Assembly: GCA_964016885.1 (NCBI GenBank)
Contig: OZ024747.1
Span: 53,568,001-53,632,000, forward strand
Origin: Eledone cirrhosa
Taxonomy: Eukaryota
Length of the DNA: 64,000 nt
Direction: 5' to 3'
Shown here: positions 13,440 through 25,744 of the stretch, piece after piece
How positions within the stretch are numbered: position 1 is the stretch's first letter
Layout of the letters: each line of letters begins with the position of its first letter
The notes under the pieces: model-generated
The model's input: only the letters and a program-made list of their open reading frames with translations
Databases searched by the model: none
What the model was told of the DNA's origin: nothing
Program-made: the position numbers and the translations under genes

Positions 13440-16198
13440 TAGTGGTGGTGTACATAGATGTGGCAGTAGTGGTGGTGTTGTAGTGGTGGTGTACATAGAT
13501 GTGGCAGTAGTGGTGGTGTTGTAGTGGTGGTGTACATAAATGTGGTTGTAGTGGTGGTGTACATAGATGTGGCAGTAGTGGTGGTGTTGATACTGGTGGT
13601 GTACATAGATGTGGCTGTAGTGGTGGTGTGGTAGTGGTGGTGTACATAGATGTGGCAGTAGTGGTGGTGTTGGTAGTGGTGGTGTACATAGATGTGGTTG
13701 TAGTGGTGGTGTTGATACTGGTGGTGTACATAGATGTGGCTGTAGTGGTGGTGTGGTAGTGGTGGTGTACATAGATGTGGCAGTAGTGGTGGTGTTGGTA
13801 GTGGTGGTGTACATAGATGTGGCAGTAGTGGTGGTGTTGATACTGGTGGTGTACATAGATGTGGCTGTAGTGGTGGTGTGGTAGTGGTGGTGTACATAGA
13901 TGTGGCAGTAGTGGTGGTGTTGGTAGTGGTGGTGTACATAGATGTGGCAGTAGTGGTGGTGTTGTAGTGGTGGTGTTGGTAGTTGTGGTGTACATAGATG
14001 TGGCAGTAGTGGTGGTGTTGATACTGGTGGTGTACATAGATGTGGCAGTAGTGGTGGTGTGGTAGTGGTGGTGTACATAGATGTGGCTATAGTGGTGGTG
14101 TTGGTAGTGGTGGTGTACATAGATGTGGCAGTAGTGGTGGTGTTGGTAGTGGTGGTGTTGGTAGTGGTGGTGTACATAGTTGTGGCAGTAGTGGCGGTGT
14201 TGGTAGTGGTGGTGTACATTGATGTGGCAGTAGTGGTGGTGTTGGTAGTGGTGGTGTATATAGATGTGGCAGTAGTGATGGTGTTGTAGTGGTGGTGTAC
14301 ATAGATGTGGCAGTAGTGATGGTGTTGGTAGTGGTGGTGTACATAGATGTGGCTGTAGTGGTGGTGTTGTAGTGGTGGTGTATATAGATGTGGCTGTAGT
14401 GGTGGTGTTGGTAGTGGTGGTGTATATAGATGTGGCAGTAGTGGTGGTGTTGTAGTGGTGGTGTACATAGATGTGGCAGTAGTGGTGGTGTGGTAGTGGT
14501 GGTGTACATAGATGTGGCTGTAGTGGTGGTGTTGGTAGTGGTGGTGTATATAGATGTGGCAGTAGTGGTGGTGTTGGTAGTGGTGGTGTACATAGATGTG
14601 GCAGTAGTGGTGGTGTTGTAGTGGTGGTGTATATAGATGTGGCTGTAGTGGTGGTGTTGGTAGTGGTGGTGTATATAGATGTGGCAGTAGTGGTGGTGTT
14701 GTAGTGGTGGTGTACATAGATGTGGCAGTAGTGGTGGTGTTGTAGTGGTGGTGTACATAGATGTGGCTGTAGTGGTGGTGTTGGTAGTGGTGGTGTATAT
14801 AGATGTGGCAGTAGTGGTGGTGTTGTAGTGGTGGTGTACATAGATGTGGCAGTAGTGGTGGTGTTGGTAGTGGTGGTGTATATAGATGTGGCAGTAGTGG
14901 TGGTGTTGTAGTGGTGGTGTACATTGATGTGGCAGTAGTGGTGGTGTTGTAGTGGTGGTGTACATAGATGTGGCAGTAGTGGTGGTGTTGTAGTGGTGGT
15001 GTACATAGATGTGGCAGTAGTGGTGGTGTTGGTAGTGGTGGTGTACATAGATGTGGCAGTAGTGGTGGTGTTGTAGTGGTGGTGTACATAGATGTGGCTG
15101 TAGTGGTGGTGTTGGTAGTGGTGGTGTACATAGATGTGGCAGTAGTGGTGGTGTTGTAGTGGTGGTGTACATAGATGTGGCTGTAGTGGTGGTGTTGTAG
15201 TGGTGGTGTACATAGATGTGGCAGTAGTGGTGGTGTTGTAGTGGTGGTGTTATAGTGGTGGTGTTGTAGTGGTGGTGTACATAGATGTGGTTGTAGTGGT
15301 GGTGTTGGTAGTGGTGGTGTACATAGATGTGGCTATAGTGGTGGTGTTGGTAGTGGTGGTGTACATAGATGTGGCAGTAGTGGTGGTGTTATAGTGGTGG
15401 TGTTGTAGTGGTGGTGTACATAGATGTGGTTGTAGTGGTGGTGTTGGTAGTGGTGGTGTACATAGATGTGGCTATAGTGGTGGTGTTGGTAGTGGTGGTG
15501 TACATAGATGTGGCAGTAGTGGTGGTGTTGGTAGTGGTGGTGTACATAGATGTGGCAGTAGTGGTGGTGTTGGTAGTGGTGGTGTACATAGATGTGGCTA
15601 TAGTGGTGGTGTTGGTAGTGGTGGTGTACATAGATGTGGCAGTAGTGGTGGTGTTGGTAGTGGTGGTGTACATAGATGTGGCAGTAGTGGTGGTGTTGGT
15701 AGTGGTGGTGTACATAGATGTGGCTATAGTGGTGGTGTTGGTAGTGGTGGTGTACATAGATGTGGCAGTAGTGGTGGTGTTGGTAGTGGTGGTGTACATA
15801 GATGTGGCAGTAGTGGTGGTGTTGGTAGTGGTGGTGTACATAGATGTGGCTATAGTGGTGGTGTTGGTAGTGGTGGTGTACATAGATGTGGCAGTAGTGG
15901 TGGTGTTGGTAGTGGTGGTGTACATAGATGTGGCTGTAGTGGTGGTGTGGTAGTGGTGGTGTACATAGATGTGGCAGTAGTGGTGGTGAGGTAGTGGTGG
16001 TGTACATAGATGTGGCAGTAGTGGTGGTGTTGTAGTGGTGGTGTACATAGATGTGGCAGTAGTGGTGGTGTGGTAGTGGTGGTGCACATAGATGTGGCAG
16101 TAGTGGTGGTGTTGGTAGTGGTGGTGTACATAGATGTGGCAGTAGTGGTGGTGTTGTAGTGGTGGTGTACATAGATGTGGCTATAGTGGTGGTGTTGG
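13440..16198. repeat. 41/42-bp GT-rich minisatellite (GTGGTGGTGTACATAGATGTGGCAGTAGTGGTGGTGTT[G]GTA), about 65 units
   Basis: Tandem unit read directly. The T/H/P-rich ORFs shift frame with the 41/42-bp length variants. Confidence 0.96.
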
Positions 16199-16290
16199 TG
16201 ATTGAGAAATCTATTGTATTTATCTCCCTTGTCTGATGATCTAAAGCAAAATAATTCATCCTCTTCCTTTATATATATATATATCATCAT

Positions 16291-16329
<39 letters not shown>

Positions 16330-16370
16330 TATATACATATATATACATACACACATATGTACAAACATAG

Positions 16371-16401
<31 letters not shown>

Positions 16402-16560
16402 GGAATGAGTAGGACCCCGACGGCTGAGCTCAAGCTGTTTCGACGGCTAATTCTGGACTAAATGAAAATTTTACCCACTCCTATTACCCACTCTACTACC
16501 CTATGTATTGAGTACTTTGGTGCGTTATGGTCCACCTGGTTCCTTACCACAATTCCTTCG

Positions 16561-16609
<49 letters not shown>

Positions 16610-18002
16610 TATATTTATATATATATAGTTGAATAAATGAACAGAGAACAAAAAACAGAGAGGCAGTACAAATGATATTGTTTTTAGTTTCCCCGCTTGA
16701 GAGTGAGTGGTGGAGGACGACGTTTCGGCTGGAGAGGGGAGAGCGAGTCGTGGGGGGGTCCGAGCGGGGAGGCCTGAAGGTGGTGTTTGTGTACGGGTGT
16801 AGGTGTACGTGTGTATGTGAGAGTTGGGGGAAGAACGAGGTTCCATGTTCAGGTGAAAGGGAAACCGGTGTGTACGTGGGGTGGGGTGTAAGTCGGTGTG
16901 TGCGCGGGTGTGGAGGGGGAGGGGGAGTCTGGAGGCTGCGTATGACATCTGGTAGCTAAATAGTGAAAGACCTAGGAAAGCTTGGGATAAGGTGATAAAA
17001 ACTGACCTCACACAATTGCAACCCTTAAAGTTGTGTAATACTGCTGAAAACCCAACTTTGCATGTGCACAAGATGAAACAACATCTAGTAGTCTCTAGTA
17101 TGCACCACTTCTACACCTTCTCTTCCATCTCATCCCACATCTTAACTACTCCACTTCTTAACCACTCCACCCCTCACCAGTTAAGTACTCAACCTAGATG
17201 TACCTCTCCAATCCTTGCATATATACTCCTCACCCTGACTTTCCATATCTGATGCACCTCTCTTGATCAACCTATGTATACAAGTATAGAAAGCTTAACA
17301 CTCTCTACCACAATGCTTTGGAAATGGCTAAAAGCTCTCAGTTCCCCCTGTATGGTGATCATGATGGTGAAAACAAAAGCCCCTAATCCATAATGTAAGG
17401 TACTCATACTGGTGTCATGGCAAATGAGCATCAGATCCTCCCTGTTAGAAAATATGACAAAAGAACACCTAATCCTTGTTGCAAGTTGGTCATGCTGGTG
17501 ACATTTCAAATAGGAACCCTGTAAGGCCGTCATGTTGGGGACACAACATGAGGCATCCAGTACACCATTTAATGTGGTCATGATGGTAACATGGTAAAAC
17601 CACCCAATTCAGAATGTAAAGTGGTTATTGTCCTCCTCAATAAAATGCACATAATCCCCACTGTAAATGTGGTTGGTATTAAGAAGGGCATCCAACCATA
17701 GAAACCAAGCCAGAAACGGTCCTGCATGAGCGAGACATGTCTCAGAATGAGAACTCGTTTAACCCATTCTAGTACGGAAAATGGATGTTAAACAATGATG
17801 ATGATATATATATATATATAGATTATATATGTATATAAATATATATGAAAAAATGGGGAGAAGAATACTGCTGGTTGCACATGGATAACATGTAATAAAA
17901 TAATATAAGTCCCTCATCAGTGATTTGCCGACGATCATAGATATTTCATTGCATTAAAAATCATATACCTCACGTCGGTGCAATAATAACTATATATATA
18001 TA

Positions 18003-18044
<42 letters not shown>

Positions 18045-18099
18045 CTTTTCTTTTCAATGGCTGATAATACCTTACTGGCGCCACTCGAATAGGGTAATT

Positions 18100-18255
18100 A
18101 TTTAACCCATAAATGGGGCCCTAACAGGTACTACTACTCCGGGCTAGAGCAGACCTGGGAGTTATGACAACTAAGGGGTAACTCCACATTCCCCACAGCT
18201 CCTGAACTCCAGAACTGGAGCCTTGCCACTGGATGTAGTTTAATGTCATACCCAG
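18100..18255 (-). mobile_element. SINE fragment with a Nin/Deu-like domain
   Basis: Reverse complement reads GGAGCTGTGGGGAATGTGGAGTTACCCCTT...CTCCCAGGTCTGCTCTAGCCCGGAGTAGTAGTACCTG. Family assignment is from memory of the Nin-SINE domain. Confidence 0.55.
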
Positions 18256-18808
18256 GAGCAAAGATTGGGAATACGGAAGATGATGTGGTCAAGAGGAAGA
18301 GCAAAGCCTGGGCGGCGTGCCACAGCTTGAGATTGGTGTGGAAGTCAGACCTTCGTAAAGACCTGAAGATCCGCCTCTTTGTTACTGTAGTGGAGTCTGT
18401 CCTGCTGTACGGGTCTGAGACTTGGTCACTGACCAAAAAACTCACTCAGATGGTGGATGGGTGCTACACGAGAATGCTGAGGATGGCTCTGAACATTAAT
18501 CAGTATACACTGAGGATGAAGAACTCAGAGCTGTAAGGGAGTCTCCCAAATGTCAGCTCAAAAGTGACACAGAGGAGACTGAGTTTAGTTGGACATGCTC
18601 ACTGACATCCAGAGTTGACACTCCACTCAGTGCTCCTGTGGGAGCCCCTACATGGACACACTGGAAGAGGAAGACCAAGGTTAACATATATTGATGCCCT
18701 AAGGACAGACACTGGTCTCTCGGAGATGCAGGACTTGGTAGTGATAATAGGGACAAAGACCACTGGAGAGAACTTGTCCATGTATCTCGGGATTTTACCC
18801 GCCCTAGA
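18256..18808 (+). mobile_element. RTE-clade LINE, 5'-truncated, ending in (TA)n
   Basis: KAWAACHSLRLVWKS...VESVLLYGSETWSLT...DGCYTRMLR and VLLWEPLHG...GRPRLTYID. A related 3' end lies at 28017-28165 (-). Confidence 0.9.
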
Positions 18809-18811
18809 TGT

Positions 18812-18845
<34 letters not shown>

Positions 18846-18875
18846 CATATGTATATAAATATATATATATATATA

Positions 18876-18999
18876 AGTATTGAAGTTTCCGTTGAAAATT
18901 GAAAATGTCATAGGAGTGAAGAGTGCTCTATGTAAGTTACAGAGCTAAATTTAATGTATAATAAACAATACAATATATTGTATTGTTTATTATACATTA
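18876..18999. mobile_element. Short foldback insert in (TA)n: tail plus a perfect 48-bp palindrome
   Basis: 18952-18999 is self-complementary. The tail GAGTGCTCTATGTAAGTTACAGAGCT matches the reverse complement of 45521-45546. Confidence 0.7.
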
Positions 19000-19622
19000 T
19001 ATATATATATATATACACACTAGATAACAATACATGCAGCTTTGACCGAGAGGGTTATTTAGAGGGAATTGTGGGGGGGGGGGGGGTAAGGCTGCACAGC
19101 TTCACTTTCCACCATGGCGATTGAACTGCATGCCCTGCTTTCCAGTATGTGGGTGGGTTGCATGTGTTTGATTAAGTGTCTTGGTAAATGTGTGCATGTA
19201 TAAGTGCGTATATATATATATATATATATAAATATACTTATTCACAGACACATAGCCTTCTATTCCCTGTGTGTATATATATGTGTGTCTGTGTGTGCGT
19301 TTACATGTATATGTACATACAGAGCATACATGAACATACATGTGGCAATCAACACTGAAAACTTCCTTAATAACTATGTATATATCATATATTTGTTTAT
19401 ATCTGTTTGTTATATCTCTCTATTGAATTCTTCTGTTATATCCAATATTTTTTCTCTGACTTCCTCTTCCTTAAACAAAGCTGATTGCCTGTCAACTTAC
19501 TTCCCTTTTTGTGGAACTCTTCATTAAATGGGAGACACTTATTGATTGATAAGCAGCAAATCCATTATATAAAATTTGTGTTGCTATACACACACACACA
19601 AAGATAATAAATATATATATAC

Positions 19623-19655
<33 letters not shown>

Positions 19656-19943
19656 CATATATATATACATATACACACATATATATATATATACATATAT
19701 ACATATATATATATACATATATACATATATATATATAGTAATAATAATAAATTTGAAGACTAAAATCCAAAGAGAGCTCGATAAGGATAAATATATATCA
19801 AATATATAAGAACCGTAGAGCAAATACATACATATATACATATATATATACATATATATATATATACATATATATATATACATATATACATATATATATA
19901 TATATACAAATATATATATATACATATATACATACATATATAC

Positions 19944-20720
19944 ATCATCATCTTCGTTTAACGTCCATCTTCCACGCTAGCATGGGTTAGACGGGAGTTG
20001 TCCCACTTGAGGCAAGGCTGGTCGGGTGACCGTGTCTCGCTTATATAGGACTATCTGGCAGGTTTTCTATGGCTGGATGCCCTTCCTAACACCAACCACA
20101 TTTACAGCGTGGAACTGGGAACGTTTTACCGTGTTACCTACATGGCCACATTACAGCGTAGACTGTGATTTTTTGTCGTGACACCTACACAATCTCGATC
20201 TCATTATCTCATTTATTTGGAATGAATGTTGTGGTACCAACTTTACAGAGAGAGGGTGGTGTTGGTGGGAGTGGGAGATAGAGTATGGGTAGTGGATTGG
20301 GGTGTATATTTGGTTAAGTGGTGCCTACTGACTGTAGGTTACACTTTGTACATAGGCAAGGCGGGTTTTCTGTATTACTGCGTAGCGCCAAAGATCTCGG
20401 TCCATTGACATTGTCTTAGAGAGGTGCAAGTGTGAAAGGTCAGAATTTATCAGATCGTCCCAGGATTTTCTGGGTCTACCTACTCCGTAACTACCATCAA
20501 TTTTGATCGCCATGCATGTTTTTATACAGCTGTCATCTTTCATGCACATCACGTGGCCATACCAACGTAGCCTTCTCTCAAGTAAACAGCATCTGATCCT
20601 TCTTATTCCTAATTTCTCACTTAGTTCATTTATGCTTTGCCGTTCACGTATATTACTATTACACATCCAACGGAGCATGCATGCTTGGTTCCTTTCCAGT
20701 CTGTGCAGGTCCTCTGCGCC
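19944..20720 (-). mobile_element. RTE LINE 3' end (variant B) with 3' UTR and (GAT)n tail
   Basis: RRLRWYGHVM...GRPRKSW...DRDLWR. The UTR matches 42130-42630. Confidence 0.88.
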
Positions 20721-21275
20721 TACACGTCTACTTTACAGTGTGGGCTGGGTTTTTTTTGCCATGGCACCTCTATAACCACTTTTCAGTGGGAGGGGGTCGG
20801 GGCATATTGTCTATATGCTTCAGCTTCGGCTTGTACCCATGGGAAGTCGGGTCTTCTGTATTACTGCATGATGCCAGAGGTCACGGTCCTGTGTCATTGC
20901 CTTTGAGAGGTGCAATTGGGTACAGTCGAATTTTATCACCTCATCCCAGGTCTTCTTGGGTCTCCCCACTCCATGGCTTCCATCGACTTCTAGTGCTCTG
21001 CACCTTTTTATGCAGCTGTCATCCTTCTTATGCATCACATGTCCAAACCAACGCAATCTCCTCTCCTGCACACAGCATTTGATTCCTCTCATGCATAGTC
21101 TCTCTCTTAATTCGTTTATGCTTTGCCGTTTGCATATATTACTATTACACATCCCTCGGAGCATGGAACCCTCATTTATTTCTAATCTACGCAAGTCTTC
21201 TATACACAACGCCCAGGTTTCACTACCATGTAACATTGCTGTTCATATACAAGCATCATACAGTCTGCCTTTCAT
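20720..21275 (-). mobile_element. RTE LINE fragment (variant A)
   Basis: MLHGSETWAL...RRLRWFGHV...GRPKKTW. The UTR matches 44650-44770. Confidence 0.88.
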
Positions 21276-21567
21276 TTTGAGGGTGTGTTTGTGTATATGT
21301 ATATATATATATATATGTGTGTGTGTCTGTGCATGTATGTGTGTGTATTGTTAAATATGGTTGGTATTAGGAAGGGCATCCAGCTGTAAAAACCCCTACC
21401 AAATTTACAGTCCTGTCAGAGCAAGGTACAGCATGGGCAAATCTGGCCAGATTTGTTTCTCATTGTGGACAACCCATCTAACCCATGCAAGCATGGAAAA
21501 TGGACATTAAATGATGATGATGATGGTGATATATATATATATATATATATATGTTTACATATACATT

Positions 21568-21626
<59 letters not shown>

Positions 21627-21678
21627 TCATCATTCATCATCATCATCAAATGATGATGATGATGATGTTTACATATAC

Positions 21679-21754
<76 letters not shown>

Positions 21755-22015
21755 ATATATGTATATATATATAGTCACACACAAATGCATTATATCTAAA
21801 AGCTTCTCTTGTATATGACTATATAGACAAAATTAGTAAATAATATACCTATTTGTAATATTGGTTCTATCTTCAAAATGGCTGATCTGTAGACAAAAGA
21901 CAGAAACATTTATAGTAACAGCTTTTGTTTTACTCTTTTGTCTACCGCATTAAAGAAAATATATCCTATAATCTTTCTCTCACTTTCTCTCTCTCACTCT
22001 TTCATAATTTAATGT

Positions 22016-22065
<50 letters not shown>

Positions 22066-22277
22066 CGGCGATGAATTAGTTTTGCGAGGTTTTTTATATG
22101 AAATCGTGTGTCGAAACAGATATTGTTATATTTGGGGAGGGTCATATTTGCGTAATATTGCCAGAATTAATAACAGAACACACTCACTGTTTGGTTGGTT
22201 TTCGCTTCTCGCTGTCTTTTATATATATATATCTGCGATCTAACTTACTCGGTCCTCAATGTTGCCATTGACTTCCT

Positions 22278-22433
22278 ATGTTTAGAATAATATCTAAACA
22301 TAGGAATGACCCAGCAGATAGGCAAATCAGAGAGGCCAGTGAAATAGAAATTAGAAGACCAAAGCTAAACAGAAAGAATGAGTGGAACAACAACAACACC
22401 CAAACAAACAACACTGACCTAAGAGAAGTATAA
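22278..22433 (+). pseudogene. C-terminal fragment of a Penelope-type GIY-YIG endonuclease
   Basis: Manual translation MFRIISKHRNDPADRQIREASEIEIRRPKLNRKNEW...; fits the R-x-I-x-E-A-x-x-I...P-x-L-N-R motif. Too short for the ORF track. Confidence 0.72.
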
Positions 22434-22700
22434 ATAAGTAAATAAAATTAAATAAAATAAGATAAATAAATACATACACAAGCACATAAACACACACTAG
22501 TCACCCAGCAGACACAACACTATACACACTAGTCACACATCACACATAACACTATACACACACGCAAACGCATGCGCAAAGAAGACAAAATAAAATAAGA
22601 TAAACAAACAAGCAAATAAATAAATAAATATATAGACAGACTGAACAAAAAAAAAAAATGGCGTAGACATACAACACAACAGGAGGAACAATGAATATAA

Positions 22701-22750
22701 CACCACTGACGATGTTGCAGATGTGCAACGAAAGATTTATGTAAATTATG
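22701..22750 (+). ncRNA. Degenerate hammerhead core
   Basis: CTGACGA-t-GTTGCA gatg TGCAAC-GAAA with a perfect stem II. Stem I and the cleavage triplet do not pair cleanly. Confidence 0.45.
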
Positions 22751-23075
22751 TAAACTATATATATGTGTTTGTGTCTATATTGTATCTGTATTATTTTTGA
22801 CCGCCGGTCAGTCAATGGCAACATTGAGGACCGAGTAAGTTAGATCGCAGATATATATATATAAAAGACAGCGAGAAGCGAAAACCAACCAAACAGTGAG
22901 TGTGTTCTGTTATTAATTCTGGCAATATTACGCAAATATGACCCTCCCCAAATATAACAATATATATATATATATATATTTATATATGCACATATATATA
23001 TATACATATACATACATATATATATATATACATATATATACATATATATACATGTATACATATATGTATACATAT

Positions 23076-23123
<48 letters not shown>

Positions 23124-23140
23124 ACATATATACATATATG

Positions 23141-23206
<66 letters not shown>

Positions 23207-23220
23207 TATATGCATATATA

Positions 23221-24176
23221 CGTGACAACTTACTGCAGGCTACTGAAGAAACTTGTGGTTGGGGCAGAGTCAACCAGACAGAGAGTGACCTGGTGGTGGA
23301 ACAGCATGGTAGATAGGGCCATTAGAGACAAAAGACTGGCATGGAAGGCTTGGAAAAATGGTGGGAGTAGGGACGGATACACAGCCGCTAAGAGAGAAGC
23401 TAGACGTCAGGTGTACTTAGCACGCAGGGAGGCCGAGAGTAGGAGGTTCGCCAATGTTCTGCGATGGGAAGATCAGAGACGTGCGGTGTTCCGCGTTGCA
23501 AGGCAGTGTGTCAGTGCAAATCAGGATGTTGTTGAAGATAAATGTGTCCGGAATGATCCCGGTGTACTTAGTGTCAAGAATGATAAAAAAATGGAGTCCT
23601 GGAAATGTCATTATGAGAGACTGAATGTGGAATACGAATGGGACAGAGAGAAATACTCCCAGTAGACCCAACAGAGGGACCAGCTATTGAGATTGACGAA
23701 TATAGGGTACAAGAGGCAATTAAAGAAATGAGGAATGGTAAGGCTGCTGGACCGTCGGGGATAGTTGCTGAGATGCTGAAGGCATCAGGTGGAAGTAGGC
23801 ATTAAACTGGTTGCACCCATCATTAATCAAGCTATATATGGTGGTGTCATACCCAAAAACTGGTGCAACCGTATTCTCATAAATTGCTACAAAGGTAAAG
23901 GGGATGCTCTAGAGAGGAGCAATTATAGGGGCATAAAGCTGATGGATCAGGTTATGAAAGTGGCAGAGAGAATATTAGCACAACTGATTAGAGAAAGGGT
24001 CAAATTAGATGAGATGAAGTTTGGTTTTGTGCCTCGGAAAAGTACAACAGATGCTCTCTTCTTAGTGAGGCAACTACAAGAGAAGTTCTTAGAGAAGAAT
24101 AACCCACTATACTTAGCTTTTGTTGACTTAGAGAAAGCCTTTGATAGTGTACCCCAATCTGCCATCTGGTGGTCCC
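23221..24176 (+). mobile_element. RTE-like LINE fragment (linker and N-terminal RT region), frameshifted
   Basis: WWWN, GKAAGPSG, NYRGIKL, FGFVPRKSTTDA and LAFVDLEKAFD. Confidence 0.92.
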
Positions 24177-25260
24177 TTTTCTCAAAGACATCACATCCAT
24201 ATTTGATGATCTTTCTCCATGATGTACGGCCTTGAGCCAGACTCTCCCAGTTCTCCATATCAATCTTCAGGGGTTTAAGATTGTCTTTTAAGTCAGCCAT
24301 AAACTGCTTCTTTGGTTTATGCTGTGGCCTTTTTCCTCTGGTCATCTCCCCATAAAACAGCTGTTTAGGCATCCTCCGTCCTGACCACATGACCAGCCCA
24401 GCTCATCTTGTTCATAATAATCCTCCTCTCAATACTGGTGCTAACCACTTTCTCAGGTGCTGCAGCATCAGGTGTGTAAGAGAATGAATCGTATACAATG
24501 CTGATGAAATCTTTCCAACTTCCTGATATGATGCCTGTAAGTTGTCCACATTTCACATCCCTATAGCAGGGCTGTAAGAACACAGGCCTCATACACAGAG
24601 AGCTTTATGTTTTTCATGATACCCCTATATGACCAGACTCGTTTCTCAAGCTACCGAAAGGCAAGACTTGTTTTCACAATCCGGTGATCTATTTCTGCAT
24701 CAAGGGTACCATCTCTACTAAGTGTACTTCTGAGATACACAAAGGTGTGCAGAACCTCAAGTCTTTTTCCAATGAAAACGTCTGGCTCCACATACACTTT
24801 CCCCAACACTTTCCCCAACTGGTGGAGTGTACATAACCTTTGTCTTTTTTTAGACTAATATTTCACCCAAACACAGTACATGCATTAGAAAAGGTGTCCA
24901 ATATCAACTGCATGTTCTCTACTGTGCAAGCCACAAAATCTGCATCATCAGCATACAGGAACTCCCTGACAAGAGTGCCAAACGTTTTAGACTTGGTGCT
25001 AAACCGTCTTAGATTAAATACTTTGCCAGAGGTTCTAATATGCAGATATACACCAATTTCGAAATCTTGGAAGGCATATGTCAGTAGCATGGCAAAGAAG
25101 ATGGAGAACAGAGTGGGTGCAAGTATGTCGCCTTGTTTAACACCGTTTTCCACTAAAATTGGCTCTGAAAGTGTCTCATTGAAGTTCACTTTTGCTTTCA
25201 TATCTTGATGGAGTTTTCTGAATATTCCAACAAACTCATGAGGGCATCCAAGTTAACCCC
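24176..25260 (-). mobile_element. RTE-BovB-like LINE fragment (RT core and C-terminal region), frameshifted
   Basis: GVKQGDILAPTLFSIFF, EFLYADDADF, WAGHVVR and MPKQLFYGE. Confidence 0.92.
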
Positions 25261-25535
25261 AGTATAACCCACAATGCACCTCAATGAAGCATATTCCTTT
25301 TACAAGTTGACATGAATGAGAATGGTCATATATAGATATAGAAAAAATATTTGATTATGTAAGTCAATATGGCGAATGGCGAAATTGCCTGAAAAAAGCA
25401 CTCAGCATGCAAACAGAATTCAACTTCCCTCATTATAATCATGGTCATTATTGTTAATGTCTTTTTAAAATTTCATTCAAGTATTATCTTTGACTGATGC
25501 AATCAGGAGGGCTCAATAATCATTATTAAACAAAA

Positions 25536-25728
25536 GGGCGGTGGATTGGCAGTATCAGTATCGGTAGAGGGTCGGACACCATGCTTTGATGCAAAGAGTT
25601 ACAGCACTTTCCATTCTGAGTTCGAATCCCGCCGAGGTTAACTTTGCCTTTCATCCTTACGGGGTCGATACAATAAAGTACCATTAATGTACTCGGTAAT
25701 TGCTGGCCTTGTGCAAAAAGTAGAAACA
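25536..25728 (+). mobile_element. Meta/Sauria-domain-like SINE, full length, 14-bp TSD
   Basis: B-box GTTCGAATCC and central GGTTAACTTTGCCTTTCATCCTTACGGGGTCGATA. TSD ATTATTAAACAAAA at 25522-25535 and 25729-25742. Confidence 0.88.
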
Positions 25729-25744
25729 ATTATTAAACAAAATC

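Larger units (their letters stand above)
22064..22963 (+). mobile_element. 5'-truncated Penelope-like element with inverted pLTR, inserted in (TA)n
   Basis: Perfect 154-bp inverted repeat 22120-22273/22810-22963, with a GIY-YIG C-terminal fragment and a hammerhead-like core in the spacer. Confidence 0.8.

Noticed and set aside
16230-16265. CTGATGA followed by AAAA near (TA)n
   Set aside because: Lacks GAAA and pairing stems.
13357-16380. Long Thr/His/Pro-rich ORFs (mucin- or extensin-like)
   Set aside because: All three minus frames are open and interchange with the 41/42-bp unit length; no unique coding flank or splice signals.
17846-17990. Minus-strand CTGATGAG in a (TA)n-bounded insert
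   Set aside because: No convincing stems with a correctly placed GAAA; may be a decayed relative but is not supportable.
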